12,943 nt of DNA from Pseudomonadota bacterium (GCA_043822785.1 JBDRBN010000029.1:1-12943), one strand, 5' to 3'; shown: positions 1-7,801, numbered from the stretch's first letter. A program made the numbers and translations. The notes: a model not told the origin generated them from the sequence alone.

Positions 1-708
1 ATAAACTTCAAAACCAATTGGTACTCCATCAGGTGTGACAAGCAGGCCGAACACCACTTGTGTGCAATCGCTGCGTCTCTCCTTGCTGTATCCAAATTGA
101 CGAAGCTCTCCCAAGTCAGTTCGTGTGCTCTCAAACCGGAGTGTCGTCAAATCGTACAATACCACATCGACTTGCATGCTCAGCAAATCTCGCCCATGCC
201 AGAACAGCCCAATCTCGATCTCCTCCTTATGCTGCGCCAGTATGTCTAACGTCCGATACAACTGATGAAGCTCTATCTCTTTTTCTATCATTTCGGGATA
301 CAACTTCTTCTGCCAATGCTCATATATCTTGAGCTTCGATCCTGGTTTTACAAATCGCGTCGCCGCCATCGTGAATACCAGCTTTCGCAGATCAAACCCA
401 AGCTTTGGATGCTTGCCGGATGCCTTCCTCAGTACATAATCTATCCCGCTCTCCTTAAACATCCGATCCAAAATCAGCAACGGACCAAGGATATATGTGT
501 CTTCCACCTCTATGCTCTTCGCTAATTCCAAAATCGTGAACACATCCTTGTGCTTGCTTATTGCGGCAACCACATCATCCATCCGATCTTCACCCGCTCG
601 CCCGAGAGACATTAATGTGCGTTGCTTGCTCTTTCCGCCCTCCCAATAGGATTCGACGAGATGATAATAGGTCTGACCGGATTGATTCTTCGTTATCTTG
701 ACGTACAT
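1..708 (-). CDS. IS1634-family DDE transposase, N-terminal 236 aa (runs off the window edge)
   Basis: Manual translation from ATG at 708 is open to position 1: MYVKITKNQSGQTYYHLVESYWEGGKSKQRTLMSLGR...LHQLYRTLDIL...VVLYDLTTLRFE...FGYSKERRSDCTQVVFGLLVTPDGVPIGFEVY. The N-terminal YxxLVESY..GK.KQR.L.SLG and the YDxTTxxFE / GYSK.RxD..Q.V.GL.VT.DG.P motifs are characteristic of IS1634 transposases. Absent from the ORF track because it has no stop in the window. Confidence 0.93.
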   Translation of the reverse strand, partial: MYVKITKNQSGQTYYHLVESYWEGGKSKQRTLMSLGRAGEDRMDDVVAAISKHKDVFTILELAKSIEVEDTYILGPLLILDRMFKESGIDYVLRKASGKHPKLGFDLRKLVFTMAATRFVKPGSKLKIYEHWQKKLYPEMIEKEIELHQLYRTLDILAQHKEEIEIGLFWHGRDLLSMQVDVVLYDLTTLRFESTRTDLGELRQFGYSKERRSDCTQVVFGLLVTPDGVPIGFEVY

Positions 709-859
709 GCGAATCGTATATCAGAAATCTTGCTCTATGATTAAGATAATAGAACCATGCAACGAAGATTGTTCAGCAGGTTTTTGACTTTTTCTAAACT
801 CGACCCCCATTAAATCTGCTTTTGCGAGCAGTACCCCATCGCCAAGTGTCAAAGTCGGG
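1..859 (-). mobile_element. IS1634-family insertion sequence, left part; terminal inverted repeat at about 846-859
   Basis: Transposase at 1-708. Minus-strand CCCGACTTTGACAC (859-846) resembles IS1634-family ends as I recall them and lies about 150 bp upstream of the ATG. The other end is outside the window, so the IR cannot be paired. Confidence 0.75.
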
Positions 860-872
860 ATTTACAGACGAC

Positions 873-1811
873 TTATTCGGCAGTTTTCCAGTTAGTACTA
901 TCTATCTTACTTGGAATACTATTATCTGGGAGTTCATCATCAATCTTAATGTATGAAGCAGTAGCATCAAAATTACGAGGATAAATCACTAAGCAATCTT
1001 TTCCAGTCCATATTGATCTATAGCATATTCCTTGAATACCTGCCTTATGAATCAACTGTCCAAAGATCTGAGGATTCGCAGGAATATCATACTGCATTGG
1101 AAATTCTCGCCAATTAGATTCCATAAGTGAAGTGTATAACTGATCCACTGTTTTTACTACTCTAGGTCTCTTCAGATTGTGGGTTTGTGCGAGCTTCTTC
1201 AAATGAGTTGAAAGCTCAAAGATGCTTATTAAATCTACAAATTCATTCAACCTAGAGGAATCCCTTAAATCAAACATCTTTTCTAAAAATCCACTAACAG
1301 AAATAATGCTAATCGATTTCGGATTTGTAAGAGCTATCTCCATTTGATTTAATTTTATCTTTGGATCTTCTGGTGTTGGTCCAAGAGTTTCTTGAAGAGC
1401 CGTATCTTTATCAGATGCAATATATAAGCCTGGAAAAGGATGAAAATATTGCGGATCAATATTACCAATATTAAATCTGCCACCAACATTCTCAATGCTC
1501 CCACGGGCAGATAGAGGATGATAACTATATTTAAATCTAACTAGACGCTGCCAACCATTAAAATTGAAATTTGAAGAGGATTGTTGCAAAAAGACTTCGG
1601 TTATTTGATCTTTAATCTTATTTCTTTGGTATTCGAGTTCATGATGTTGTGTCCAATGATACTCTCGCAACTTATCTATGATTAACTTATTACGTCGGAT
1701 ACTCTGAATGCTTCCCGATTCCAAAAGATAAGCCACAAGAGGTTTTTTATTTGAAACCTTTTGTGACTTTTGAGATTTCCTCTTGCTTCGTTTTCTAGAT
1801 TTTGTCGCCAT
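873..1811 (-). CDS. RES-domain toxin (putative NAD+-consuming phosphorylase/ADP-ribosyltransferase fold), 312 aa
   Basis: RES motifs: WQR(89)L, GGRFN, LYIAS..TALQE(141), DL, AGIQGICYRS(266)...CLVIY. Starts 2 nt after the antitoxin stop. Confidence 0.88.
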   Translation of the reverse strand: MATKSRKRSKRKSQKSQKVSNKKPLVAYLLESGSIQSIRRNKLIIDKLREYHWTQHHELEYQRNKIKDQITEVFLQQSSSNFNFNGWQRLVRFKYSYHPLSARGSIENVGGRFNIGNIDPQYFHPFPGLYIASDKDTALQETLGPTPEDPKIKLNQMEIALTNPKSISIISVSGFLEKMFDLRDSSRLNEFVDLISIFELSTHLKKLAQTHNLKRPRVVKTVDQLYTSLMESNWREFPMQYDIPANPQIFGQLIHKAGIQGICYRSIWTGKDCLVIYPRNFDATASYIKIDDELPDNSIPSKIDSTNWKTAE

Positions 1812-1813
1812 AG

Positions 1814-2209
1814 CTAAGCTGATTTTCTATTTTCACTGAGCGCAACTTGGATAAAGCTTAATAGTTTATTAAACTGTCCAACTTTAATCATCTGTGCTGG
1901 TGTTATATTTCCAAGCAGAGGATTGGGAGTTTGAAACCAAAGCATGGTTTTATTGATATCGCCAAAATAGCCACCTACCAAATTAATCACATTAGCCCAC
2001 TCACGGATTCTGGTTTCAATCTCTTCAGACATTCTCTGATCAAGCCTTATGGACTTTTCTGGTTTTCCTGTAACCACAGAGAGGTCTTTTCTGTCATAAT
2101 TTAATATTTTTAAAACCTCTTTTGCTTTTGGATGCGGACCATCAAACAAATTAAAACAATCTCGATCCGCAATGCTTTTAAAAATCGCTGTATTTGGTCT
2201 CGTGCTCAT
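1814..2209 (-). CDS. Xre/MbcA/ParS-type (DUF2384-like) antitoxin, 131 aa
   Basis: C-terminal signature FGDINKTMLWFQTPNPLLGNITPAQMIKVG; HTH-like segment RKDLSVVTGKPEKSIR; SD AAGGAG 7 nt upstream of the ATG; sits directly upstream of a RES gene. Confidence 0.88.
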   Translation of the reverse strand: MSTRPNTAIFKSIADRDCFNLFDGPHPKAKEVLKILNYDRKDLSVVTGKPEKSIRLDQRMSEEIETRIREWANVINLVGGYFGDINKTMLWFQTPNPLLGNITPAQMIKVGQFNKLLSFIQVALSENRKSA

Positions 2210-2260
2210 TGCATAACTCCTTATATTAATTTATTATTTTCTAATTGATATCTAACTCCC

Positions 2261-2297
2261 TCCATAATTATACCTCAATTTTCCATATTTTTTCCAT
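2261..2297 (-). promoter_or_regulatory. Candidate promoter/operator of the TA operon
   Basis: Perfect TATAAT at 2272-2267 with a weak -35. ATGGAAAA direct repeats at 2297-2290 and 2286-2279, and a third ATGGA at 2265-2261. Confidence 0.4.
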
Positions 2298-2357
2298 CTC
2301 TATTCCTATTATCGTCCTTTGTCATTAAGAAGTTGCTCGATAATTAAGCCGTCCTTC

Positions 2358-2370
2358 TAACTTATTGATA
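2358..2370 (-). promoter_or_regulatory. IHF-type binding site
   Basis: Minus strand TATCAATAAGTTA matches the IHF consensus WATCAANNNNTTR exactly; the AT-rich context raises the chance-match rate. Confidence 0.4.
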
Positions 2371-2418
2371 ATACGTTTTATTTTTCACTAATTTATAAGC
2401 TGAAACGTTAGTTAAGGG

Positions 2419-2447
2419 GGATTGCTTCGGCTTCGCCTCGCAATGAC
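2419..2447. repeat. Single arm of a REP/RPE-like palindromic repeat (GTCATTGCGAG...GAAGCAATC type)
   Basis: GGATTGCTTCGGCTTCGCCTCGCAATGAC, with internal ATTGC/GCAAT and GGC/GCC pairing. Resembles the widespread CGTC/TGTC-tagged palindromic repeats. Lies 10 bp downstream of the YitT-family stop. Confidence 0.7.
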
Positions 2448-2457
2448 AACGCATGAA

Positions 2458-3333
2458 CTAAATCGGTACTGGCCTGAAGCCTTTGCCGGCCACTTCGTTT
2501 ACTTCAGCGACGGTGAGAAATGCGTTGGGATCCACGGATTTAACATAGTATTTGACTCGGGCTAATTGCCTAAGCGTAACTACGCAATATATCACTTTCT
2601 GTTTTTTGCCAAGGTACGCGCCCTCGCCTTCCAGAAATGTAACACCCCTCTCCAGTTTTTTGAGAATGAGATCTGCGATTTCCTCTGGCTTTGAACTGAT
2701 GATGAATATCGCACGGCTGTTGTCTATGCCTATCATCACCTTATCCAAGGCTATGGCCGCGCAGAACAAGGATACGATAGTATACAGGGCTGCATGCAAA
2801 CCAAAAACCACACCAAGCAGCGCTGTAATGAAGATGTTAAAGCCAAACGAAACAGTGCCAATGCTAATGGACCAGCGCTTCTTTATGGCAGCAGCAACTA
2901 TGTCAATACCAGCATGTGAGCTGTTTGCACGAAACACCAAACCTGTTCCGCCGCCAGAAAGCGTGCCGCCGATGAGCGCAGACAAAAGCCTTTCAGGCTC
3001 CCAACCAGCGTGCGCCATCCACTCAGTGCCATAAAGGCAGCCCGAAAACATAAGAAGGCCAATAGCACTTCCAAATACAAACACGCGGCCCACTGTGAAC
3101 CACCCCAACAAAAAGATCGGGATATTGAGAAGCAGCACGTATGTGCCAACAGACATCGGCGTAAGATATGAGAAAAACTGAGACAAGCCGCTCACACCGC
3201 ATGAAAGAAACTTGTGCGGCACCAAAAACGCGTTGATGCCTATTGCAGCTATCAATGATCCCACAAATATAAGGATCAGATTGGATGCAATCATCCTGCT
3301 GCTTAATTTATCTATTCCCAAAAACTCACGCAT
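2458..3333 (-). CDS. YitT-family membrane protein (DUF161 TM region plus DUF2179 C-terminal domain), 291 aa
   Basis: Motifs GINAFLVPHKFLSCGVSGL, LLNIPIFLLGW, GLVFRANSSHAGIDIVA, RGVTFLEGEGAY, VKSVDPNAFLTV.EV.EV.GKGF; SD GAGGT upstream. Confidence 0.93.
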   Translation of the reverse strand: MREFLGIDKLSSRMIASNLILIFVGSLIAAIGINAFLVPHKFLSCGVSGLSQFFSYLTPMSVGTYVLLLNIPIFLLGWFTVGRVFVFGSAIGLLMFSGCLYGTEWMAHAGWEPERLLSALIGGTLSGGGTGLVFRANSSHAGIDIVAAAIKKRWSISIGTVSFGFNIFITALLGVVFGLHAALYTIVSLFCAAIALDKVMIGIDNSRAIFIISSKPEEIADLILKKLERGVTFLEGEGAYLGKKQKVIYCVVTLRQLARVKYYVKSVDPNAFLTVAEVNEVAGKGFRPVPI

Positions 3334-3342
3334 AAATACCTC

Positions 3343-3377
3343 AAAAAAAAGAGCCCAACTTCAAATGGAGCTGGGCT
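3343..3377 (-). terminator. Intrinsic terminator-like hairpin immediately 5' of the YitT-family RBS
   Basis: Minus strand AGCCCAGCTCC-ATTT-GAAGTTGGGCT-C-TTTTTTTT: 11-bp stem with one G-U and one mismatch, then U8, then GAGGT and ATG. Confidence 0.65.
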
Positions 3378-3433
3378 GTATATCAAGCGTAACTAATTGT
3401 AAATAAAAAGATAATAAAAACCCCCAACGATCC

Positions 3434-3462
3434 GCAACTTTAGGGTCTTCTCCTGTCGATAA
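3434..3462 (+). promoter_or_regulatory. sigma28/FliA-like promoter of the large orphan gene
   Basis: GTCGATAA (3455-3462) is a 7/8 match to the sigma28 -10 element GCCGATAA. GCAACTTT (3434-3441) is a divergent -35 (canonical TAAAGTTT) with a 13-nt spacer. Ends 54 nt before the ATG at 3517. Confidence 0.45.
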
Positions 3463-3516
3463 TATAGGCAAAGGCGGGGGAATCCTTTTATTTAATTGCA
3501 GAATTGGGAGACTTTT

Positions 3517-6500
3517 ATGCTTTGCGCAGGCAACAGCAGAATCAATACATCCTTTGATGGCAAGCCCATTGTAGACGGTGTAACAAACCCAGATACCAAT
3601 GATTTTGAGAAGTTATGGGCATCATTAGTACATGATACTACGAACACGTGCCCTGTAGATAACCCGAACTACACGCCTTCAAGCGGTTCTGCTGCACCAC
3701 AGTGGTTTTGTCCAAACACAAACCTCTTTTCTTCAGTTGCACCAGATCCCAATGCATCTCAACTTGATAAGGCTTTGACAGATGTAGCCACAGCCATTGC
3801 CAGCGGTAATGCCTCAATGATCAAAGATGCAAGCAACAGGGCAATCGAGTTGGCACGAAATCTTCCTAACGGCGAGGTGCTTGCCATACCCATGGTAGAG
3901 GCTGACATCTTGGCTCTGCAGGGTGATTTCTTTGGTGCCAGCAATAAATATAGCCAAATAACAGCATCTCTAAAAGTAGCAGCTAAACAAGATCCAAATC
4001 TTCAAACACATATAGATAAAGTTCAAGCCCGGCACAAAGGCGTTTTGGCCACAGGGGCAGCTACATCGGTTGCCGAATTTGGCAATGCCACGGATCCAAT
4101 AACCCGCATGCAAATGCAACAGCTGGCCACCCAATACGCTGATCAGATTTATCTACTAGAGCCCACAGAGCGCAATCTACAATTGCTAGTCGCTACGTAT
4201 TCACGAGTGGGGCTAGATATCAGCGAGCTTCGCAGAAAAGTAGCCCTAAACAAAGACGAGATTTCAAGATTAGAAATGGAACAGGTTAACTCAGAACTAC
4301 ATCCAGCTAGCAGGTCCACAAAGAAGCCGGCAATAGATTTCAATTATTTTGCGAATGGCAATACATATGATCCATTTGGTTTTGCAGCTCTACCAACTCC
4401 TGCAGAAAAAGTAATGGAGCTACGCGTCTTTAATCAGCAAGCTGAGTTTACGATTGATAGAATTGATGGGCACATCCTGTCTTTGATCAATCAGGCGCAT
4501 GCTGATTCCCCATATCAGATCAACATTCATTCAGGCACAGCAAATGTCCTGTTGGGCAACAGGCACGCAGCCTTGGACAATCTACAAGCAGCCCGAGCAT
4601 TATATAAGAATGAAAAAGTCAAACATACTCCTGAAAATCTGACAACGCAGATCACCGTCCTACACCGTCTTGCCGATGCCTCAATATCGGTAGCTGATTA
4701 TAATTTACAAGAAGAAGTCGTATCAGAGGCGCAAGGTCTGATTAATGAGCTGCGCGATAGCGATTATGATCACGCCACCGTTCTGACGATAGAGAATATG
4801 GAAATCTCAGCTCGGATACGCAACACGCGTATGTCCTGGCCCATACATGGCTTATCAGACGAAGATCGTAAAGCTACAGAACAGATGCGAAACGCGGCAA
4901 TACGGCAGAATTATCTGGATATCGTTAATTATTGCGAGACAGCGCTAGAAGAGACCTTTGATCCCAGCGCGCGTGAACACATCGCAGGTCGCCTTCTCCA
5001 TTTTCGAGCTTCCATTGCTGAACACGATTTTGGAATAGCGCTGGATGAGCACAAAAACGAAGAAACAGACGCAGCACGGCAGCTCGTAATTGAGGCTGAT
5101 AAGGAATATGGGGCAGCCCTGGAAAAATTCGGTTACATCGCAACACCTGAAGAGGTCAATGAAATTACAGCACGTGTTGAGTTTGGCAAAGGCACGTTTA
5201 TGGGACTTACGGCTGAGAGCGAAGAGGACAAAGAGGCAGCCCTTGCCATCTTAAGAAACATTGCCACCAACTACGCAGATACTTCTGCAGGACGCATGGT
5301 GGTTGGCATGGGCAATCTTAACAAGAAGCATACGATCGCTGCATTAAAGACATGGGCTGGTGGATTGACGGAAAACCCAGGCAACGGGCTCAAGGGGTGC
5401 CTTGCTGGAGCAGGAATTGCCGTCGTAGCTACGGCTCCCGAAGGTGTAGTTACACTTGGAGCTGTTTCTGGTGGAGCTGCTATTATTGGTTGTGCTGCTG
5501 GGTTTGCAACTGATCGCATGATTATATCACAGCCGTGGAATCGTATCTCGTTTGCATATCACACAGGTCTTACTACCGTCTCAACGGATCAGGCTATTCT
5601 ATCAACGGCGATATTTGCGCTTTCACTGTTTAGCATGTATGTGGGCGGCGCTGCTGGCGGGCTGGCACAAAAAGCTGTCTTAGCTGGCGGGAGTAAAGCC
5701 GGCTCCTCCCTAACTTCGTTTCTCGTGTCACGTGGAATGACACCAGGACCTTGGATGAGAGGTGCTGGAGCTATTGCCCTAAGAGAAGCAAGCTATATGG
5801 GCAACGCTTATGTATTTCACAAGATTTCAAGTGGTGTAAACCACACAGCGCTTCGTGCTTTAGATATCGAAACTGAAGCACATGCTGACAACCCTCAAGA
5901 TTATCTTGTCTCGTGGTTATTTGTCAGATTCGTTCCCGCAATTCTAAAGGCCAATCCAGCTGGACGCATGATCAAAGGCGAAGGACGTCTTGATCAATTG
6001 GCTCGCGCTGGTGCCAATGGATTTCTTGGAGTGAGTGCGGTTCAGGGTCTGCAAGCTTTGGCAGATAGAAATCCCAAGCACATCTCAATGGATTCTCTTG
6101 CTACTGCCTCGCTAAACTTCTTGGCCATGCATTATGGTAACCGTAGCATCGAAGCGGTCCTACCAATGGAGTCGGTTGCCAAACTTGGTAAGCGTTTAGA
6201 CAACATAACTATCCGAAACATGATAAAGGCCCGCGAGACAATTGAAAATGCTCCACCGCCTAACAATTGGTGGGATGGGTTTGGCGGTGGATTTGGTGGA
6301 TTGCAACCAGCCTATGCAGTTGCTTGGGGAAGAAGGGGTGGCGCGGCTGCGCTTGCCGGCAGACCAAACGAGGCAAATCCGTTTGAGCTGCCCCCAATAG
6401 GAACTGGGTTTAACCCTGTTATGATGAGTAGTGGTTTGGATTCGACTAACACCGGGGAATCTCATGAAAGTAATACTCGATTCAACAAAGGAAAAAAAGT

Positions 6501-7749
6501 GTCTGACGAAGAACCTCCAAGCGAAGACAGCGGTGTGAGACGAGTACTTGCACGGGTGCCTGCTGAAGAAAAACTGGCTGATCGTTTACCTTATGTCGCC
6601 CGGCGGTGGCTTGAGGAAATAGGCCGCAAATTGATTCAAATATCGCCTGATCAGAGACCTCAGCGCAATTCCCCTCTTGCTCCATTCTATCCAGAAAATA
6701 ATTTCGTAGTGATCTTTGATGCTAAGACAGGTGAGCTCGTCTCTATCCAGAAAAATGCAATTTTGCCCAAGGCGCATGAACTCACGCCTGGCCAAGCTGC
6801 GATCGGGGTCAAAAGCGTCGAGTTTGGAAATCGGGCAATTATTAAAATGGGTGCGGAACTCATAACCCCGGACGGCATAGTCAGTGACCAAGCCATGGAG
6901 ATTCTCAAGGCCATCAACGGCCGCATTCCCATAATACCAGGGCGCAACGTAGAGGTAGTGCAAGATCTAGGTGATGGAGTTCAATTAGTCACATCTAATG
7001 ATGCACAAGTTGATCAACAGAATACGCAATTAATGACATCCGCATTGTCCAAGAATATGGCTGCCATGACTATGATGGGCACAGGTGGGGTTGACCTTCT
7101 GAAAGCCCTGGAAATAGCAGACTGGGTCTCCCAAAAGGAGAACCTACCTAATGAACTTGTTTATGAATTGCTAACACAGCAATCTTCGGGATGGAAGGAA
7201 TGTGATATTGGAATTGATGGACACGGACAATTCGTAGGAGCCAGCGTCCACAGGAATTTGGAAAACAGCCCACGCGGCACTACATATGAAATAGGCACAA
7301 GAGAAGCTGCAGTTGCGATGGCGCGCAATTTAAAGTTTATGCCGTATATAAAGGATGGACAACGTCATGAGGTGCCAATGGATTTTCAATGGGAGGGACA
7401 GAAGGATGGACCTGCTCACGATGCCTTCATGCGATGGTATAATTCACCAAAATTCGTTGAAGCGCGCAAACTTGTCATAACGCAAGATCAGTTGAGCGCA
7501 CGCATGTTTAAGGGCATGGATACTCGCAAACGCGTAGGAGCAGTATTGGATTTTATAAGTCAATCACAGCAATTGATTTATAAAATTAAAGCGAACTATG
7601 AAAAAGGTTCCGATTCTTATCAACGATTTATAGAAAAGCTGGAGGGATATCGGAATCAACAGACCCCTCTCAATGAGGCTCAAGAGCTCGACGTGGCATA
7701 TTTTGAAATGATCGTTAACAAGGCCCTTGGACCAGTACCTGCAGAATAA
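3517..7749 (+). CDS. Large hypothetical protein, 1410 aa: TPR-like helical region, Gly/Ala-rich hydrophobic segments, low-complexity linker, unknown C-terminal domain(s)
   Basis: 4.2-kb uninterrupted ORF. ATG 3517 preceded by GGGAG is preferred over TTG 3496. TPR-like helices (e.g. GTANVLLGNRHAALDNLQAARALY, ADILALQGDFFGASNKYSQI); hydrophobic stretches at about 5395-5510 and 5593-5690; no Sec signal peptide evident. Confidence 0.85.
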   Translation: MLCAGNSRINTSFDGKPIVDGVTNPDTNDFEKLWASLVHDTTNTCPVDNPNYTPSSGSAAPQWFCPNTNLFSSVAPDPNASQLDKALTDVATAIASGNASMIKDASNRAIELARNLPNGEVLAIPMVEADILALQGDFFGASNKYSQITASLKVAAKQDPNLQTHIDKVQARHKGVLATGAATSVAEFGNATDPITRMQMQQLATQYADQIYLLEPTERNLQLLVATYSRVGLDISELRRKVALNKDEISRLEMEQVNSELHPASRSTKKPAIDFNYFANGNTYDPFGFAALPTPAEKVMELRVFNQQAEFTIDRIDGHILSLINQAHADSPYQINIHSGTANVLLGNRHAALDNLQAARALYKNEKVKHTPENLTTQITVLHRLADASISVADYNLQEEVVSEAQGLINELRDSDYDHATVLTIENMEISARIRNTRMSWPIHGLSDEDRKATEQMRNAAIRQNYLDIVNYCETALEETFDPSAREHIAGRLLHFRASIAEHDFGIALDEHKNEETDAARQLVIEADKEYGAALEKFGYIATPEEVNEITARVEFGKGTFMGLTAESEEDKEAALAILRNIATNYADTSAGRMVVGMGNLNKKHTIAALKTWAGGLTENPGNGLKGCLAGAGIAVVATAPEGVVTLGAVSGGAAIIGCAAGFATDRMIISQPWNRISFAYHTGLTTVSTDQAILSTAIFALSLFSMYVGGAAGGLAQKAVLAGGSKAGSSLTSFLVSRGMTPGPWMRGAGAIALREASYMGNAYVFHKISSGVNHTALRALDIETEAHADNPQDYLVSWLFVRFVPAILKANPAGRMIKGEGRLDQLARAGANGFLGVSAVQGLQALADRNPKHISMDSLATASLNFLAMHYGNRSIEAVLPMESVAKLGKRLDNITIRNMIKARETIENAPPPNNWWDGFGGGFGGLQPAYAVAWGRRGGAAALAGRPNEANPFELPPIGTGFNPVMMSSGLDSTNTGESHESNTRFNKGKKVSDEEPPSEDSGVRRVLARVPAEEKLADRLPYVARRWLEEIGRKLIQISPDQRPQRNSPLAPFYPENNFVVIFDAKTGELVSIQKNAILPKAHELTPGQAAIGVKSVEFGNRAIIKMGAELITPDGIVSDQAMEILKAINGRIPIIPGRNVEVVQDLGDGVQLVTSNDAQVDQQNTQLMTSALSKNMAAMTMMGTGGVDLLKALEIADWVSQKENLPNELVYELLTQQSSGWKECDIGIDGHGQFVGASVHRNLENSPRGTTYEIGTREAAVAMARNLKFMPYIKDGQRHEVPMDFQWEGQKDGPAHDAFMRWYNSPKFVEARKLVITQDQLSARMFKGMDTRKRVGAVLDFISQSQQLIYKIKANYEKGSDSYQRFIEKLEGYRNQQTPLNEAQELDVAYFEMIVNKALGPVPAE

Positions 7750-7772
7750 ACTCAAACAAAACGGAGTAATCT

Positions 7773-7801
7773 CAGACGGAGCATTAAGAATGCTCCGTCT
7801 G
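7773..7801. terminator. Perfect 13-bp hairpin between convergent genes (probable terminator, possibly bidirectional)
   Basis: CAGACGGAGCATT-AAG-AATGCTCCGTCTG, overlapping the MMPL stop codon (7784-7786); moderately T-rich tails on both strands. Confidence 0.65.

Noticed and set aside
58..525. Plus-strand ORFs 58-249, 60-332, 265-525
   Set aside because: Antisense to the clearly recognisable IS1634 transposase; no motifs.
2552..3406. ORFs 2552-3034, 2898-3149, 3212-3406
   Set aside because: Shadow or alternate frames of the YitT-family gene.
3496..3516. TTG start of the orphan (likewise TTG 10474 for the transporter and 12838 for Wzz)
   Set aside because: Nearby ATGs have proper SD sequences; the Wzz frame continues to the window edge.
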